A stretch of 64,000 nt of DNA from Octopus vulgaris (GCA_951406725.2 OX597826.1:2790001-2854000); one strand, 5' to 3'. Counted from the stretch's first letter, positions 1 through 13,070 are shown. The notes: generated by a model from the letters alone, not told the origin. Translations and numbers: made by a program.

Positions 1-585
1 GATGAAACAAGAAGTCATATTATGCTTCAAGTAAGTATCACGAGAAAACTAACTGTAAAAGTTGCCAAGTCATGTTGAAAAGAGAACAACTCGCGTAACT
101 AACAGGTATTGACATGAGCGTAAATTCATGAAGGATCTATACATTTAACTCAATGCTATTGAGATGAATACAGTGAACCCATTCAATTAATTAGGTTCTC
201 TCAGCAACGAACGTTCAATATTTGAAACCGAGTTAAAGATATAATTTCCAATAGTAACAAGTAAATTTGCAAAGATGGATAGGGCATGGGGCCTGAAAAC
301 ATTGCAATATGTATGATACCTGAAAGTGCTTGCTACGATTGTGGGTCATACGTATACATAATATATGTATTGAAAGGCGCCTTCGACTTAAGATGCATTG
401 GCCGTTTGATTCGTATTAATTGTAGGATCAACCGCACCAAGAAGGGTAGAAAGTAAAAATATCATCTCAGAGAAAATTTCACAGATTGCATTATATCAAG
501 TTGAAAATACAAATATGCTGATAAAATGATAAAGTAAAAGCAAGCACACGAGGAGAGAGCGTCTCAATAATACTGAGATCTGAGA

Positions 586-800
586 AAGGTGGCGAGCTGG
601 CAGAAACGTTAGCACGCCGGGCGAAATACTTAGCGGTATTTCGTCTGCCGATATGTTCTGGATTCAAATTCTGCCGAATTCGAATTTGCCTTTCATCCTT
701 TCGGGGTCGATAAATTAAGTACCAGTTGTGTACTAGGTTCGATCTAATCGACTAGCTCTCTTCCCAAAAATGTTGTGCATTGTGTCTATGGTAGAAAAAA
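586..800 (+). mobile_element. tRNA-derived SINE, family A (Meta-domain-like centre)
   Basis: Head AAGGTGGCGAGCTGGCAGAAACGTTAGCACGCCGGGCG, box-B-like GATTCAAATTC and central GCCTTTCATCCTTTCGGGGTCGATAAATTAAGTACCAG. Many copies in the window. The Meta-domain resemblance is from recall. Confidence 0.85.
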
Positions 801-1025
801 TCTTGAGATTTGACAAGAGATATAGATATTGGTATGCCTAAGACAAAATTACAAAACCGAGAATGATGGAAAATTCTGAGATTCCCCAGCGGAATAAATT
901 TAATGTAGCGGAAATTATACACTTTTATGCAGCATATTTTCGAAATTTGCCTCTTACATTTCTGGTACTTGTGATGAAAAAAAAAAAACAAAAGCAAAAA
1001 ACAAAAGGCGTCGGAGGGGCAATGC

Positions 1026-1661
1026 ATACCCTGTGCGTAGGTAAAGTTTTTTGCAAATTATAGTGAGTCTTATAATGCGTTACTCACCCGTGCTTTTCAA
1101 TTGGACTGAATTCAGCGTTTTTTTTTAAATATCACCATTACAGGTATTTATACTCCGGTGAAATTAAGAAATCAAGTAGTTAATAAGCGAAATCCCCGAA
1201 TCCAACAGTGTACACACACACATATACACATAGACAGATAGACACGCATGCATAGACAGACAGATAGACAGATAGACACGCACACACACACAGAGTCGCA
1301 TATCTATGTATGTATTTATTTATGTATTTACTCATACGTATCTACGCGCATAAGCACACCATAATATATACATTCACAGACGAAGGTTGATTCATAGGAA
1401 AAAGAAAATGAACAAAATAGTATGATTACTTGCTTATCGGGAAATTTGTAAGCTCGATTTAAAAAGAAATTAAAACAATTTTTTGTTAAAGATAATCAAA
1501 CGAAATGTTCATCTTTTCGAGCCACTCACCCAATCAGTATTTCTGACAAATGTGATGGAAATCCGTTCAACCGTTTTCCAGTCATTTTGCAAACCGAGAA
1601 GACAAACAGACGAAGACAAAGTGATTACAATAACATGATTTCGCTTACGCGTGCAGGGTAT
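1026..1661 (+). mobile_element. Candidate non-autonomous Helentron-associated (HINE/DINE-1-like) element
   Basis: Imperfect terminal inverted repeats ATACCCTGTGCGTAG and CTTACGCGTGCAGGGTAT. The 3' part has GAAATCCGTTCAACCGTTTT followed by an AGAC-rich tract, a typical HINE layout. Confidence 0.45.
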
Positions 1662-3404
1662 GGAACTTATTCATGGAAAGTAACCTTCAGTTATTGTATG
1701 CATTTGGAAGTGGTCAATTCTTAAGTATTCTCAGATAGAGTCTGGCTTCTATGTCAATTGTTGCACTTCTCTTGGGATGATGTCTATTAATGACTAAGTG
1801 CTCTACATACTAACTATTTTTACCTGAAAGTTTGTTTGTAAAAGACACCTGATAGTATGTGTTTGATGATCGAATAAAACAAGGCCTCTTATTAAACAAA
1901 TTTACACTAACCGCCACAAACCAGCCCTAATTAATGATACATACTGTCATTTAGTTTCTTCGGAATTAAAATATTGTAGTTCTTTCCCTTGCACTTCATA
2001 GCGAAAATTGTCATTAATACGAATTAATTATTAATTACTTACTGGTGTAACCAGATCTAATTAAAACACCATTTTATTTCCAATACTTATACATGTTGTT
2101 CCACAAAAGCATAAGGAATCAGTGAGATATATTCTAATATCACAGAGAAGAAACTCTTTTTTTCCAGATACGGAAAACAACCCTGGAAAACATATAATTC
2201 CTCATATTTTAACTTAGGAGGGATTAAATTCAGGGTTGAACTAACCACAAGCCATAACATAACGCTACAGTTGCTTGCAGTCATAAATTAAAGGGACGAT
2301 AATTTATATTTAGCGATCGGCCTATTGCGATTTATTGATGTAAAATACTTTGGCTGTAATACTAACACAAGTATGGTGATAGGGTGATAACCTCCATTTG
2401 CCCGATATTCTTTGCTTGGAATATTCGCACATTCCATTTACAAACTAGCGGCAATGTGGCAGATAAATGGTAGCGACCGTTCTTGTACTAGAATCATATT
2501 TAATTTATCTACGATGCACAGAAACACTCTTTTCTAATTTGTTGACTGAATGATAACATGCCCCTTAAATATTTAATATTTAATTAATAGTTTTCTTTTT
2601 TGATATTATTCAAATATTTAAAATGCAGGTTCTTTTTTGTTTTATTAAAAAAAGATTAATTTTCTCAAAGTCACTGATGGATGAAGTAATCTGCACATGG
2701 GCTGGACAAAGAAATGGGGAAAATACTGCACTAAACGGCATTCGAATGCACTCCGTCTCCTACTCTCCACGATCCTCTTAAGAAAACGATATTGATTTTT
2801 TTTCTTAGGCAGTGAAAATACATTTTATAATCGATTTAAATTATCCTCGATTGAAATAATCTATAAAACTTTAAAACATTTTTGGGTAAACACCAAAAGC
2901 TGCATCGATTTTAGCGCATCGATAATTCAACCTGGTTGTGGCTATTTCTTATTTAGGCTAATAATTATTACACAAGGATTAAACGAATCGCATCGTACCT
3001 TCTCTCAAATTTAGTTTTCTGAGGCGTTAAGAAAATTCTGTCTCTCGTTCCTAGCCTTAAACTATTGGCACTCTCATTTGTCACTTTAATATTTGTTGCA
3101 AAGGATCAATATTTTAAGGGGGTGGGTGATTTGCAGCGAGTGAGTCATATGTACGGTTAAAAGTACATTAGAGTTACAAGAGTAAAATATATCATGAAAA
3201 CACGGGGACAGCTGCCGTGTATGAATGAATTGTTTTGTGCTGAAAGCTTTCTCTGCCCAAGGCACTATGCGCCACTGAGCCAATGCTATCCATACCTGTG
3301 ATACTACACACCAGCTGTACCCAAAATAAATTGCAAAGCCACTAAAAATATGATAGGGAATAAATTAAAAGCTTCTATACTGTTCTATAATTTCATATTG
3401 CTTC

Positions 3405-3548
3405 CACGTTTTGGCACAAGTCCAGAAATCTTGGGAGAGTGGGTAATTTAATTACACCGACCCCAATCATCAACTGGTACTTATTTTATTGACCGCGAAA
3501 TGGTGAAAGACAAAGTCGATCTTGGCGAATCTTGAGCACAGAACGTAA
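3405..3548 (-). mobile_element. SINE family A, decayed 3' part
   Basis: CTGGTACTTATTTTATTGACCGCGAAATGGTGAAAGACAAAGTCGA is the reverse complement of the family A core. Confidence 0.7.
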
Positions 3549-5257
3549 TGTCCTTGTTCCATATCTCGTATTAAATTACATTGTTATGAATACACACTGC
3601 TTAATTGTATAGCAAAGGGGATGCATATTGTTATAAGTTTATCCTTCTCTCTATGATTATAGCGAAGATAATTCTCGGAAATACCTGACACTTTAAATGA
3701 TTTCCAGATCGCACAGTATTTATACACCAGCTTGTACATATAACCTGTTATATGATTGTACTGAAACAACTAGATCTCATCTAGATAATATACATTTTAT
3801 AATGCCTATACAAATGGTCAAATGCAATATTGTGACGTAGATGTTTTATTTATAGGTAATAGCGATGTTAACAATTCTAGCAAATATATAATGGTTTGAA
3901 TAAGTGAATATTCTCAACACAGGCTGTTAACCACTATATGTAATACAACTCGTATTCATTTTAACCGTCTTGAATCGGGGTAACAACAGAGAATCGTACT
4001 TTTACGTGTTGTATTGAGATTAAGCCAACTTTCAGAAACTTATCTGAGCACTGCCTACAGATGAAACGACAAATAAGATTAATTTGTAATGAATTGCCTC
4101 TTTGAGAATTTAGAAATAACATTGTCGATGATTTGATTCATAAGTACCGGGAGCCATCGCTTTGCCATAACAATATACTATTATTTAAATAGAGAAAATA
4201 AAATATCAAACAATACAGTCAGTCGTAACTTGTGACAGAATATGTTTTGCTAATGTGCAATGTACTTTCATTAATTGTTTTAGGAGTCTCTGTCGTAGCG
4301 ACCAGATATAGACACTTTCAACATGTCCCAAATTTGAGATAGACGAGCATCCAACATGCGAAAACACAGGGCCGCCCCAAAACAATGGGATGCGCCCCCA
4401 TAGAAACGATCTATGAAAATGTTAGTATGTGATGTTTCATGCGCTCTTGTTTCCAGTTGAATTATATAATATTTTTCTTGTTTCGGCAAACTATAATTGT
4501 GCATCTCAGAATTGTCTTTTGGTTCCATTATTTAAATCTTGTGTGTTTCCCTGACTAATAAATATGTAATGGCAAACCATCATACAATTCTCACCTGACA
4601 TCAGCTTTAATTAAGGCCGCGGGTCATTTTGTGACAATCGATTTAATTCATTTCCGATAAATTCACCTGCAACATAGAATTCAATTTCCTACTTCAACCA
4701 AGTGCAAGGGAATTTACCACTTGTTCGGTGTTTAAATTTGTATTTTAGGGTGCTTGTTTCGAATTATTACGGTACATCAATATTTGTTAACTATGAATTT
4801 TCAATGCAATAATATTCCTTATATAAGAAAAGAGAAACAAAAACACGACAATTTATACATTGCTCGATGATGTGGCAGCCATCTGTATGTTTGTTCGTTC
4901 ATATCACTCGTACACCACGCCCTCACAAACAAAAAGACAAGGAAAGAGATAGAACATTTGAGTGACTTGAAAAAAATATATTAAAAGCTAAAGGTAAATT
5001 AATTCAAATGCATTGGGGAAAGAAGGTGGTTAATTTGCAGTCGGAAACTCTGAGTTCGTTCCCACTATCTGATAGCGTGAAGAAGTCTAAGGAATCTATT
5101 TTTCCTTAATTTTGAAATGGTGATTGATTTTCACTAGATTGAATAACTGAAAACTATGCGGAAACTTGCCTTCTAATTGCATTTGTATGTTGCTATATAT
5201 GTACATGATACTCGTTTGTATACACATGCGCGCGCCCACACAGATACACACATATAT

Positions 5258-5648
5258 TGTTATCAGAATGCATTTTTCCAAATCATAATATTGTAATGAT
5301 TGAGTTTTAGTTATTCTCGACAAAATAAAAAGTACCTCCCTTTTGGTTTCAGCGTCTCGGTTCGGACGAATTTCAAATTTTGAGAAACGCCGGCATTTGA
5401 AAAGAAAATACGACCGTCATCTTCGACATTGAACTCTCTGTTATGAAGAACTCACTTCTTAAATTTATACATCTTGGACTCATGACACTGGTGACTATTT
5501 TACCTTGAGTAATATTTGGCTATTGAACCAATTATTTCTGTACTGCCATTACTGTAAACGTTTACCATGTTTCTCATTACATAACTGAATCGTACAGATC
5601 TGCTCGCTTTACTCGCTGGTTTCAAGCGGGGACTGTTTACTCGTAACA
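5258..5648 (+). repeat. 5' LTR (391 bp)
   Basis: Starts TGTTATCAGAATG and ends CTCGTAACA. Aligns along its length to 9364-9779. Confidence 0.92.
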
Positions 5649-5652
5649 AAAA

Positions 5653-5671
5653 TGTGGGGCTCGTCCGTGAT
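5653..5671 (+). promoter_or_regulatory. Primer-binding site complementary to tRNA-Pro
   Basis: TGTGGGGCTCGTCCGTGAT versus the canonical tRNA-Pro PBS TGGGGGCTCGTCCGGGAT, 4 nt after the 5' LTR. Confidence 0.85.
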
Positions 5672-5734
5672 AGAATTCATTTCTAATTTTGAGACATTTT
5701 GTAAAATAATAAAACAAAAAAAAAGCCAATCTGT

Positions 5735-6025
5735 TTCAAATTGCTGCATTTTTCTTTTAGCAGACAAGTTAACTGTGAAACCAGCAAATATGGCGTTTAA
5801 AGTCGGTCTCTTTTGCAAATCAGATTTATGGGAAATGTCTGCACATTTCAGATTTGAGGCCAAGCCTACTATGAGGAAATTTTAGATTTTGAAAATTGTT
5901 TTAAATCACTTCGTTGATGAGGGAGTTTTCGGACATGATGTTTTGGAGATGGGAAAGGAAGAACCTTCAGAAGATTTGGAAATGAAAAATGTTGAAGTTC
6001 AAACACAATTGAAAAGACTTCGACA
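5735..6025 (+). pseudogene. gag: gag N-terminal remnant
   Basis: CKSDLWEMSAHFRFEAKPTMRK / LKIVLNHFVDEGVF resembles the Gmr1-family Gag N-terminus. It joins integrase-proximal sequence with no protease in between. Confidence 0.5.
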
Positions 6026-6189
6026 AAGGGTAGTATCTCTTCAGGTCATCTTAATAAGTCTGTTATTGTATCAGGTGGTGATCACATTCTTTCTAGAGAG
6101 CAGCTTATAAGTGCGCCGGGTGGGGAGTTGTAGGAGTTAGCTAATAATGCTGTTTCTTTTGAGGAGTTTAGCAAAGTTCCAGTCTTTAA

Positions 6190-7310
6190 GGATGGTGTTC
6201 TGATGAAGAAATGTAGGCCGCCGGACATTCCTGCGGGGGATGAATGGAAATGTTATCATCAAATTGAGGTACCAAAATTGTTATGCAGTCATGTACTTTC
6301 ATTGGCACAGGAAAATCCCGTTGAAGGTTATTTAGATGTAAACAAAACTTGTGAGAAAATTTTGGCACGTTTCTTTTGGCGTAGTTTGAGACAAGATGTG
6401 GCTGAATTTTCTAAAGCCTATCATGCATGCCAAATTGTTGGAAAACGAAACCAGTAACATATACCGGCTTTTGGGGAACCATTCAGTCGAGTTATCATTG
6501 ATTGTGTTGGTCCACTACCTAAGACTAAGTCTGTTAATCAGTATCTTCTCACTATTATGTGTGCTTCCACCAGATTTCCTGAAACTATTCAACTTCTTAG
6601 GATTGTCAATATTGTGATTGACAAGGCTTTGATCAAGTTTTTTTTAATTCGGTTGGTTTGCCAAATGTTGTTCAATCTGATCGGGGCTCAAATTTCATTT
6701 CTAAGGCGTTTCAACAAGGTATGTATCAGTTGGGTATTGAGCAGGTTAACTTAGCTGCTTATCATCCTGAGACACAGGGAGATTTAGAGAGATTTCCTCA
6801 AATCTTGGAAATTATGATCAAGACTTATTGCTTTGACGCAGAGAAACATTGGAATGAGGGTGTGTATCTGTTGCTGTTTGCTGTCAGGGAATCAGTTCGG
6901 GAGAGGTTAGGGTTCAGTCCCTTTGAGTCTGTATTTAGTAATAGTGCGCCTGGGCCATTAAAACATCTAAAAGAGCAATGGCTTTTTGCGATCGTGGGTT
7001 CAATCTTTCGGACTATGTTTCTACATTTCGGAATAGACTTTCGAATGCATGTGAGTTGGCCAGACAAAATTTGAAAGCTTCACAAGCAAAGATGAAACAA
7101 AGTTATGACAAAAAGCCAATGTAAGATGTTTCATTCCTGATAACAAAGTGTTAGTTTTACTTCCCATTCCTGGACAACCTCTGATAGTCAGATTTCAGGG
7201 TCCATATCCCGTTGGTAAAAATTTAGCGACACAGGCTATGTTGTCCTGACTCCTCGACGTCATAAGTAAAAAAAAAAAAGCTGTGTCATGTAAGCATGAT
7301 TAAGTCATAC
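6190..7310 (+). pseudogene. Integrase remnant (zinc-binding region, DDE core, GPY/F)
   Basis: FFWRSLRQDVAEFSKAYHACQIVGK, EPFSRVIIDCVGPLPKTK, QSDRGSNF, AYHPETQGDLER, GFSPFE and RFQGPY, spread over several frames. Confidence 0.92.
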
Positions 7311-7479
7311 TGTGACATGGTAGAAACCAGACAAGTCTCTTGTATTGAAACGCTCTCCCCAGTTCCCAATTGTAGAGCAAAGTTGATCATATTGACAATC
7401 GTGATGATGATGCTAGCAATGTGACGTTTGATGACCTTAGTGATAATGTGTCACCTAAACTAAGAAATCCTGAAGTGTT

Positions 7480-9210
7480 ATCTCACTTTGATGAGAAATT
7501 GTCACTTTAATCCCTTGAGCAGAAAACTCAATTGTCAGATTTGATTCATGTATTCTCTCATTTATCTCCTGATGTGCCTGGCGGAACTGACATCGTTAGC
7601 CATGATATATGTGTAGGTGATGCGGTGATTGTTAAAACAACATCCGTATCGTATGGATCTTATGAAAAGTAAAACGCTGCGGAAAGAAGTGAAATCTGTG
7701 CTTGACAATGATATCATCCAACACAGTAGAGTTCTCCTGATGCACTTGTGCCGAAGAGTTGAAGAGGTGGTTGATGATACTGTGCCTACATGAAAGCCGT
7801 GAATACGCTCTCAAGAACTGATTCTTATTCAATCCTCAGAGTAGACGATTGCCTTGATTATATTCGCCAACCTCAATACATAAGTAAGTTTGATTTATAG
7901 AAGAGCTTCTAGCAGATTCCACTCACAGAACGTGCGAAGGAAATATCTGCTTTTGCTACACCAGGCGCACTCTACCAGTACAAAGCGATGCTATTCGGTC
8001 TGAAGAACGCTCCAGCAACGTTCCAGAGACTCATCAACAACGACACATCCGGTCTTGATGTGTCGAAGCCTACATGAATGGTGTCATCACTTATACCATG
8101 GAGTGGGAAGACAATTTGAAGAGATTTCGTGCTTTCTTCGAAAGACTGCCTGAAGCAAAATTAACTGTGAATCTTGGGAAGGCACAAATTGTAATTTTAG
8201 AGCATGTTGTAGGCCTCGGTCAGGTTCAGCCAGTTGATGCTAAAGTTTAGGATTTGTACTGTTTCCAGTAACTCATTCTAAGCGAGAGCTTATATGATTC
8301 TTGGGAATGGCAGGCTATTAAAGGATGTTTTGTCAAAATTTCGCTGATGTGGTATTGACGCTTACCAACCTTTTGTGTAAAAGGGTAGAATTTCAGTGGG
8401 ATAGAAGTTGTCAGACTGCATTTGAAAGCGCGAAAGTCATTCTCAGGAATTTTCCAGTATTGCAGGCACCATATTTTGAGAAACCATTTAAATTACAAAT
8501 TGATGCAAGCGACGCAGGTACTGGTGGTGTTGATGTTGCTGTTGCTGTTAAGCGAACGGTCTTCGTCCCTGTAGTGGGAGAAGTCCGAAACGTGGTCCTT
8601 TGCTATTCGTAAGACCCGCAGAATAGAAAGCAGGTCAACCCCCGACACCGAGAGCATCGACGGATGGATGAGTGCGCATCCAGGCTGCGTAGGAAGTCGG
8701 GGACAAGAAACAGGAAGAAAGAGTGAGAGGAAGTTGGGGCGAAAGAGTACAACAGGGGTCGCCACCACCTCCTGCCAGAGCCTCGTGGAGCTTTAGGTGT
8801 TTTCGCTCAATAAACACACACAACGCCCGGTCTGGGAATCGAAACCGTGATCCTCCGACCGCGAGTCCGCTGCTCTAACCATTGGGCCATTGCGCTTCCA
8901 CTGCTGGTGGTGTCCTGATGCAAGAGGATGCTTCAGGAATTGATCATCCAGTTTGTTATTCTTCGAAGAAGTTCGACAAACATCAGAGGAATTATTCTAC
9001 CACCAAGAAAGATACGTTAGATCTTTTGTTAGCTTTACAGCATTTCGAAATGTATCTTGGTATCACTGCATCTTCAATCATTTCATTTTTTCTTTTCACA
9101 AAATGAAGAACAAATATCAAAGACTTTTTGACTTAGCAAGGGTTCAATCTTGTGATAAGGCATATCAAGGGCAAAGACAATGGTTGCGCTGATGCTCTTC
9201 CTAGATTGCT
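7480..9210 (+). pseudogene. pol: Reverse transcriptase and RNase H remnant
   Basis: PDVPGGTDIVSHDI, QHPYR, FGLKNAPATFQRL, FLGMAGY, PVLQAPYFEKPFKLQIDASD and DHPVCYSSKKFDKHQRNYST. Interrupted by a SINE. Confidence 0.9.
8531..8901 (-). mobile_element. tRNA-Arg-like SINE (OR-like) nested in RNase H, with TSD
   Basis: Minus-strand head GGAAGCGCAATGGCCCAATGGTTAGAGCAGCGGACTCGCGG...GGTTTCGATTCCC and a CAA/CAG-rich tail. Exact TSD CTGGTGGTGT at 8521-8530 and 8904-8913. Removing it restores DASDAG-GGVLMQED. Confidence 0.92.
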
Positions 9211-9351
9211 AAATTCAGAATATTATTAGATTTGCCTGATGCTGTATGATGTATCTGCATTGTATTTAATACTTGTGTGTTATGTTTATAACGCTAATTG
9301 TGTTATCATTACTATTGTAACAGAACGTTTCTGTGAACATTTCATTTCCTT

Positions 9352-9363
9352 AAGAGGGGAGAG
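9352..9363 (+). promoter_or_regulatory. Polypurine tract
   Basis: Purine-only AAGAGGGG...GAG run directly before the TG of the 3' LTR. Confidence 0.85.
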
Positions 9364-9779
9364 TGTTATGAGAATGTATTTTTCTTAATCATAATATTGT
9401 AATGATTGAGTTTTAGTTATTCTCAGGAAAATAAAAGTAGTTACCTCCCCTCTTGCTTCGATTGGCTCGGCTCGGAGAAATTCCAAAGTTTGAGAAACGG
9501 CGTTTGAGAAGGAATTACGCCCGTTATCTTCGACATTGAACTCTCTGTAATCAAGAACTCACGCCTTCAATTTATACTTTTTGGATTTATGACTCTAGAT
9601 ACAACCTTACCATGACCGAATTTTGGCTATTGACTCAAGAATTTTGCAACAACACTGTACTGCCATTATTGTAAATTTCCACCATATTTCTCAATATATA
9701 ACTGAATCTTCCAGCCCTGTTTGTTTTACTTGCTGGTCTCGAGCGGGAACTGTTTCCTTGTCATGCAGTAACCGTAACA
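9364..9779 (+). repeat. 3' LTR
   Basis: TGTTATGAGAATG...CCGTAACA, visibly diverged from the 5' LTR. Confidence 0.92.
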
Positions 9780-10171
9780 ATACACAAACACACACACACA
9801 CACAAACATATATATATATATATATATATATATGCTAGTGTGCGCGAGCGTGTGTGTTTTTGAGAGAAAGAGAGAGGGGGTAAAATATAAACATACGAGA
9901 AAAACTGACGCTTTTCATTGTCAAATGTCTCCGCTTATGATATATATTCCGTAATCTGTAAATGTCATTCCCTTTCCCAGCTGTCAGAAATGCAGCGAGG
10001 ATTTGTATCAAACGGCGATATTTTACATAAACTGCGAAATGAAATAACATATTATGAAAGGAAAAGCCTCATGAAATAAACAGAGAAAAAATGTTGTTTC
10101 AAAACTTTATTCTCCTGCTAAAATGTGTCTTTAAAACACCCTAATTGAAGCTGGATGGTTCTCTCCTATCA

Positions 10172-10207
<36 letters not shown>

Positions 10208-10669
10208 TAAATAATTTCCTTCTTCCACGGAAGAAAATTGCAAAATGCATTGCAAAACCAAGACAGTGAGTCTTTATCTCGTTCGCCTGAACAATTGCTG
10301 AAAATATTAGCCCAATCATCGTGAAATTATCTTCTACAATTTTGTCACAGAAGGACAGCAATATATGATATTGTTCTCATTGCGCGGTGATGGAGCTAAT
10401 GACATGAGGGCCATGAAAGGAACGTCGTTAATGACAGGTCTGGAAATTTCCTGTTGAACAAGTTCTTTCTAAAGTAAATACAGGATTTCTCGTCCGATGC
10501 AATAACTAACTGTTGAAATACGAAAAGTAATATTAAGCTTTGATGTGTCGTGGGAGAGATATGACGCCAATAGCAATAACAGTGACGTTATGACGCTCTC
10601 AAATATAACAAATTTGTTTTAAGACGTATTGGAAATCAAATACGAAAGGGATATCCTATTACAGTACAG

Positions 10670-11605
10670 CGGAGCTGGTAGAATCATTAGCACACCGGGC
10701 TAAATGCTTAGCGGTATTTCGTCTGTCGTTACGTTCTGAGTTCAAATTCAACCGAGCTCGACTTTGCCTTTCATCCTTTCAAGGCGGCGAGCTGGTAGAA
10801 TCGTTAGCACCCCGAGTGAAATGTTTTGCGGTATTTCGTCTGTCTTTACGTTCTGAGTTCAAATTCCGCCGAGTTCTACTTTGCCTTTCATTCTTTCAAG
10901 CCGGCGAGCTGGCAGAAACGTTAGCACGCCGGGCGAAATTCATAGCCGTATTTCGTCTGTCGTTACGTTTTGAGTTCAAATTCCGCCGAGGTCGACTTTG
11001 CCTTTCATCCTTTCGGGGTCGATTAAATAAGTACCAGTTACGCACTGGGGTCGATATAATCGACTTAATCCGTTCGTCTGTCCTTGTTTGTCCTCTCTGT
11101 GTTTAGCCCCTTGTGGGTAGTAAAGAAATAGGTATTTCGTCTGTCGTTACGTGCTGAGTTCAAATTCAACCGAGCTCGACTTTACCTTTGATCCTTTCAA
11201 GGCGGCGAGCTGGTAGAACCGTTAGCATACCGGGCGAAATGCTTAACGGTATTTCGTCTGTCTTTATGTTCTGAGTTCAAATTCCGCCGGGTTCTACTTT
11301 GCCTTTCATTCTTTCTATGTCTATAAATTAAATACAAGTTGCGTACTGGGGTCGATGTAATCGATTCTCCCCCTTCTCACCCCCAAATTTCGAGCCTTGT
11401 GCCTAGAATAGAAAAGAATCGTTAGCACGACGGGTAAAGTATTTAGCGGTATTTCGTCCGTGTTTACATTCTGAGTTCAAATGCTGCCGAGGTCTACCTT
11501 GATTTTATAATTCAGTGTCGATAGTATAAGTAACAGCTGAGAATTGGGGTTGTTGTAATCGACTGAAATACACTTCTGAAATTGCTAGCCGTGTGCTAAA
11601 TTTTG
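10670..11605 (+). mobile_element. Head-to-tail array of about 6 SINE family A units
   Basis: Repeated (G)GCGAGCTGGTAGAA...GTATTTCGTCTG...GAGTTCAAATTC...TGCCTTTCAT units starting near 10670, 10781, 10899, 11131, 11199 and 11416. Confidence 0.9.
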
Positions 11606-11775
11606 CAGCCAATTAATCAGCTGAGAAAATAAGATGGAAGACGGGAATGAAAGTTGCGGGGTACACATAATGAATTTACAAATATGGAAGAGGAAACATA
11701 AGCTAAAATAAACTAAAGAGTGGCTAAGAACTAATACTAAAGAAAGGAAGTAGGGGAGTGGCTCTAAACCGAAGA

Positions 11776-11875
11776 NNNNNNNNNNNNNNNNNNNNNNNNN
11801 NNNNNNNNNNNNNNNNNNNNNNNNNNNNNNNNNNNNNNNNNNNNNNNNNNNNNNNNNNNNNNNNNNNNNNNNNNN
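11776..11875. other. Assembly gap (100 N)
   Basis: Run of 100 N. Confidence 1.
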
Positions 11876-12679
11876 AGAGAAAGATATAAAGGATGTTGGA
11901 GATAGTAAGGCAGAAACAGAGAGAGTATAAGAGAAAGAATCAAAATGAGATAGATTACATGAAGTAGAGTTGTGTGTGTATGTATGTGTGCGTGTGTGTG
12001 TGTGTGTGTAAGTGTGTGTATGGGTATCATTGTACAGATTACTTAGACATCTGTATACATCCATCGCATCTACATCAAGTCAATCGGTTGGTGGTGTACA
12101 TCATTCTCTAATTTTCTCACATGATGGCATTTGGACAGTGAGATCGATGCAAGCAAACTGCTGGTCAGTTACACTTTGAGTCTTTGCCTTCCTAATTACA
12201 GCTATATGAACTTAAACATTGAGGTATTCATTGCGATTCACACAGGCACAACTCAAATGTATTGATGTGATCCGACCAAGAACGGTTTCTTAGCAATTCG
12301 ACACGATCCATTGAGGACGTGTTTATTTTTATCAACTTATGTAGCACCTTTGATTTTATTTTATCGATCATTTATATGTATGTATGCATGTATGTATGTA
12401 TTCATTTACATATACACATATCAGATATTCATGGTCCTATTTTCAGTTTCATTTAATATTCACAGGTGGCATATGAATATGAGACAAACATAAGCTCTGG
12501 AAAATAAATCAACGAATACCAAGGAAAAATGTCTCGACTGCAGGTGTTGCAGTAGCAATGTAGTTTTACAGAGACATAGATATCATATCTTTTACCTATA
12601 CCCATTGCTGAATTATGTATATTGTCTCTCTTGTCTGCAGAAACGTATAACATTATTCAATCATTTGAATAAAATATTC

Positions 12680-13070
12680 TGCTTTCCACAAGACTTGATC
12701 TACAATTTTCCCTCCATTCAAAAGGATTCGATCCTAGAGTTATACATCTCTTATCGTAGTTCTTTCACCAGTTCAGCATCGGACTATAGTTCCTTTAATA
12801 GCTGTTATATCATCTGGAACGTGTGCACAGTTAAACAATAATATTGAGACACCACCTCATAAAGTTTTATACCTAAAGTACGTTAACAATATACTTGCAG
12901 ACATTGTAATTCATCGAATGATTGTAACACACAGCAACACATTACTTTTAACATCGCATAGAAAATTTCAGAATACCTTGGAAACACTTTTGGAGGAGAT
13001 CAATAAACCCATTTATGACAGTTCGATTGTTTTTACAATCGGTGCATCTCAGACAAAATTTCTGTTAAGT
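12680..13070 (+). pseudogene. Possible very old PLE reverse transcriptase fragment
   Basis: SDYSSFNSCY resembles NYFxFNGxYY, YLKYVNNIL resembles WxRYVDDIF, and LEEIN...SIVFTI...KFL resembles LxxLN...IxFTxE...FL. The motifs are in the expected order. Confidence 0.4.

Larger units (their letters stand above)
5258..9779 (+). mobile_element. Gmr1-type Ty3/Gypsy LTR retrotransposon, decayed and internally deleted (gag-INT-RT-RH order)
   Basis: Two homologous LTRs (TGTTA...TAACA), PBS, PPT and flanks ATAT/ATAC (3 of 4 match, a probable TSD). Integrase motifs lie upstream of RT and RNase H. Many stops and frameshifts. Confidence 0.93.

Noticed and set aside
4280-4528. 82-aa minus-strand ORF or plus-strand exon
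   Set aside because: No recognisable domain, and all plus frames stop soon after the putative acceptor.
10670-11605. CRISPR-like array
   Set aside because: The units are whole SINE segments with no unique spacers and no cas genes, in a eukaryotic context.
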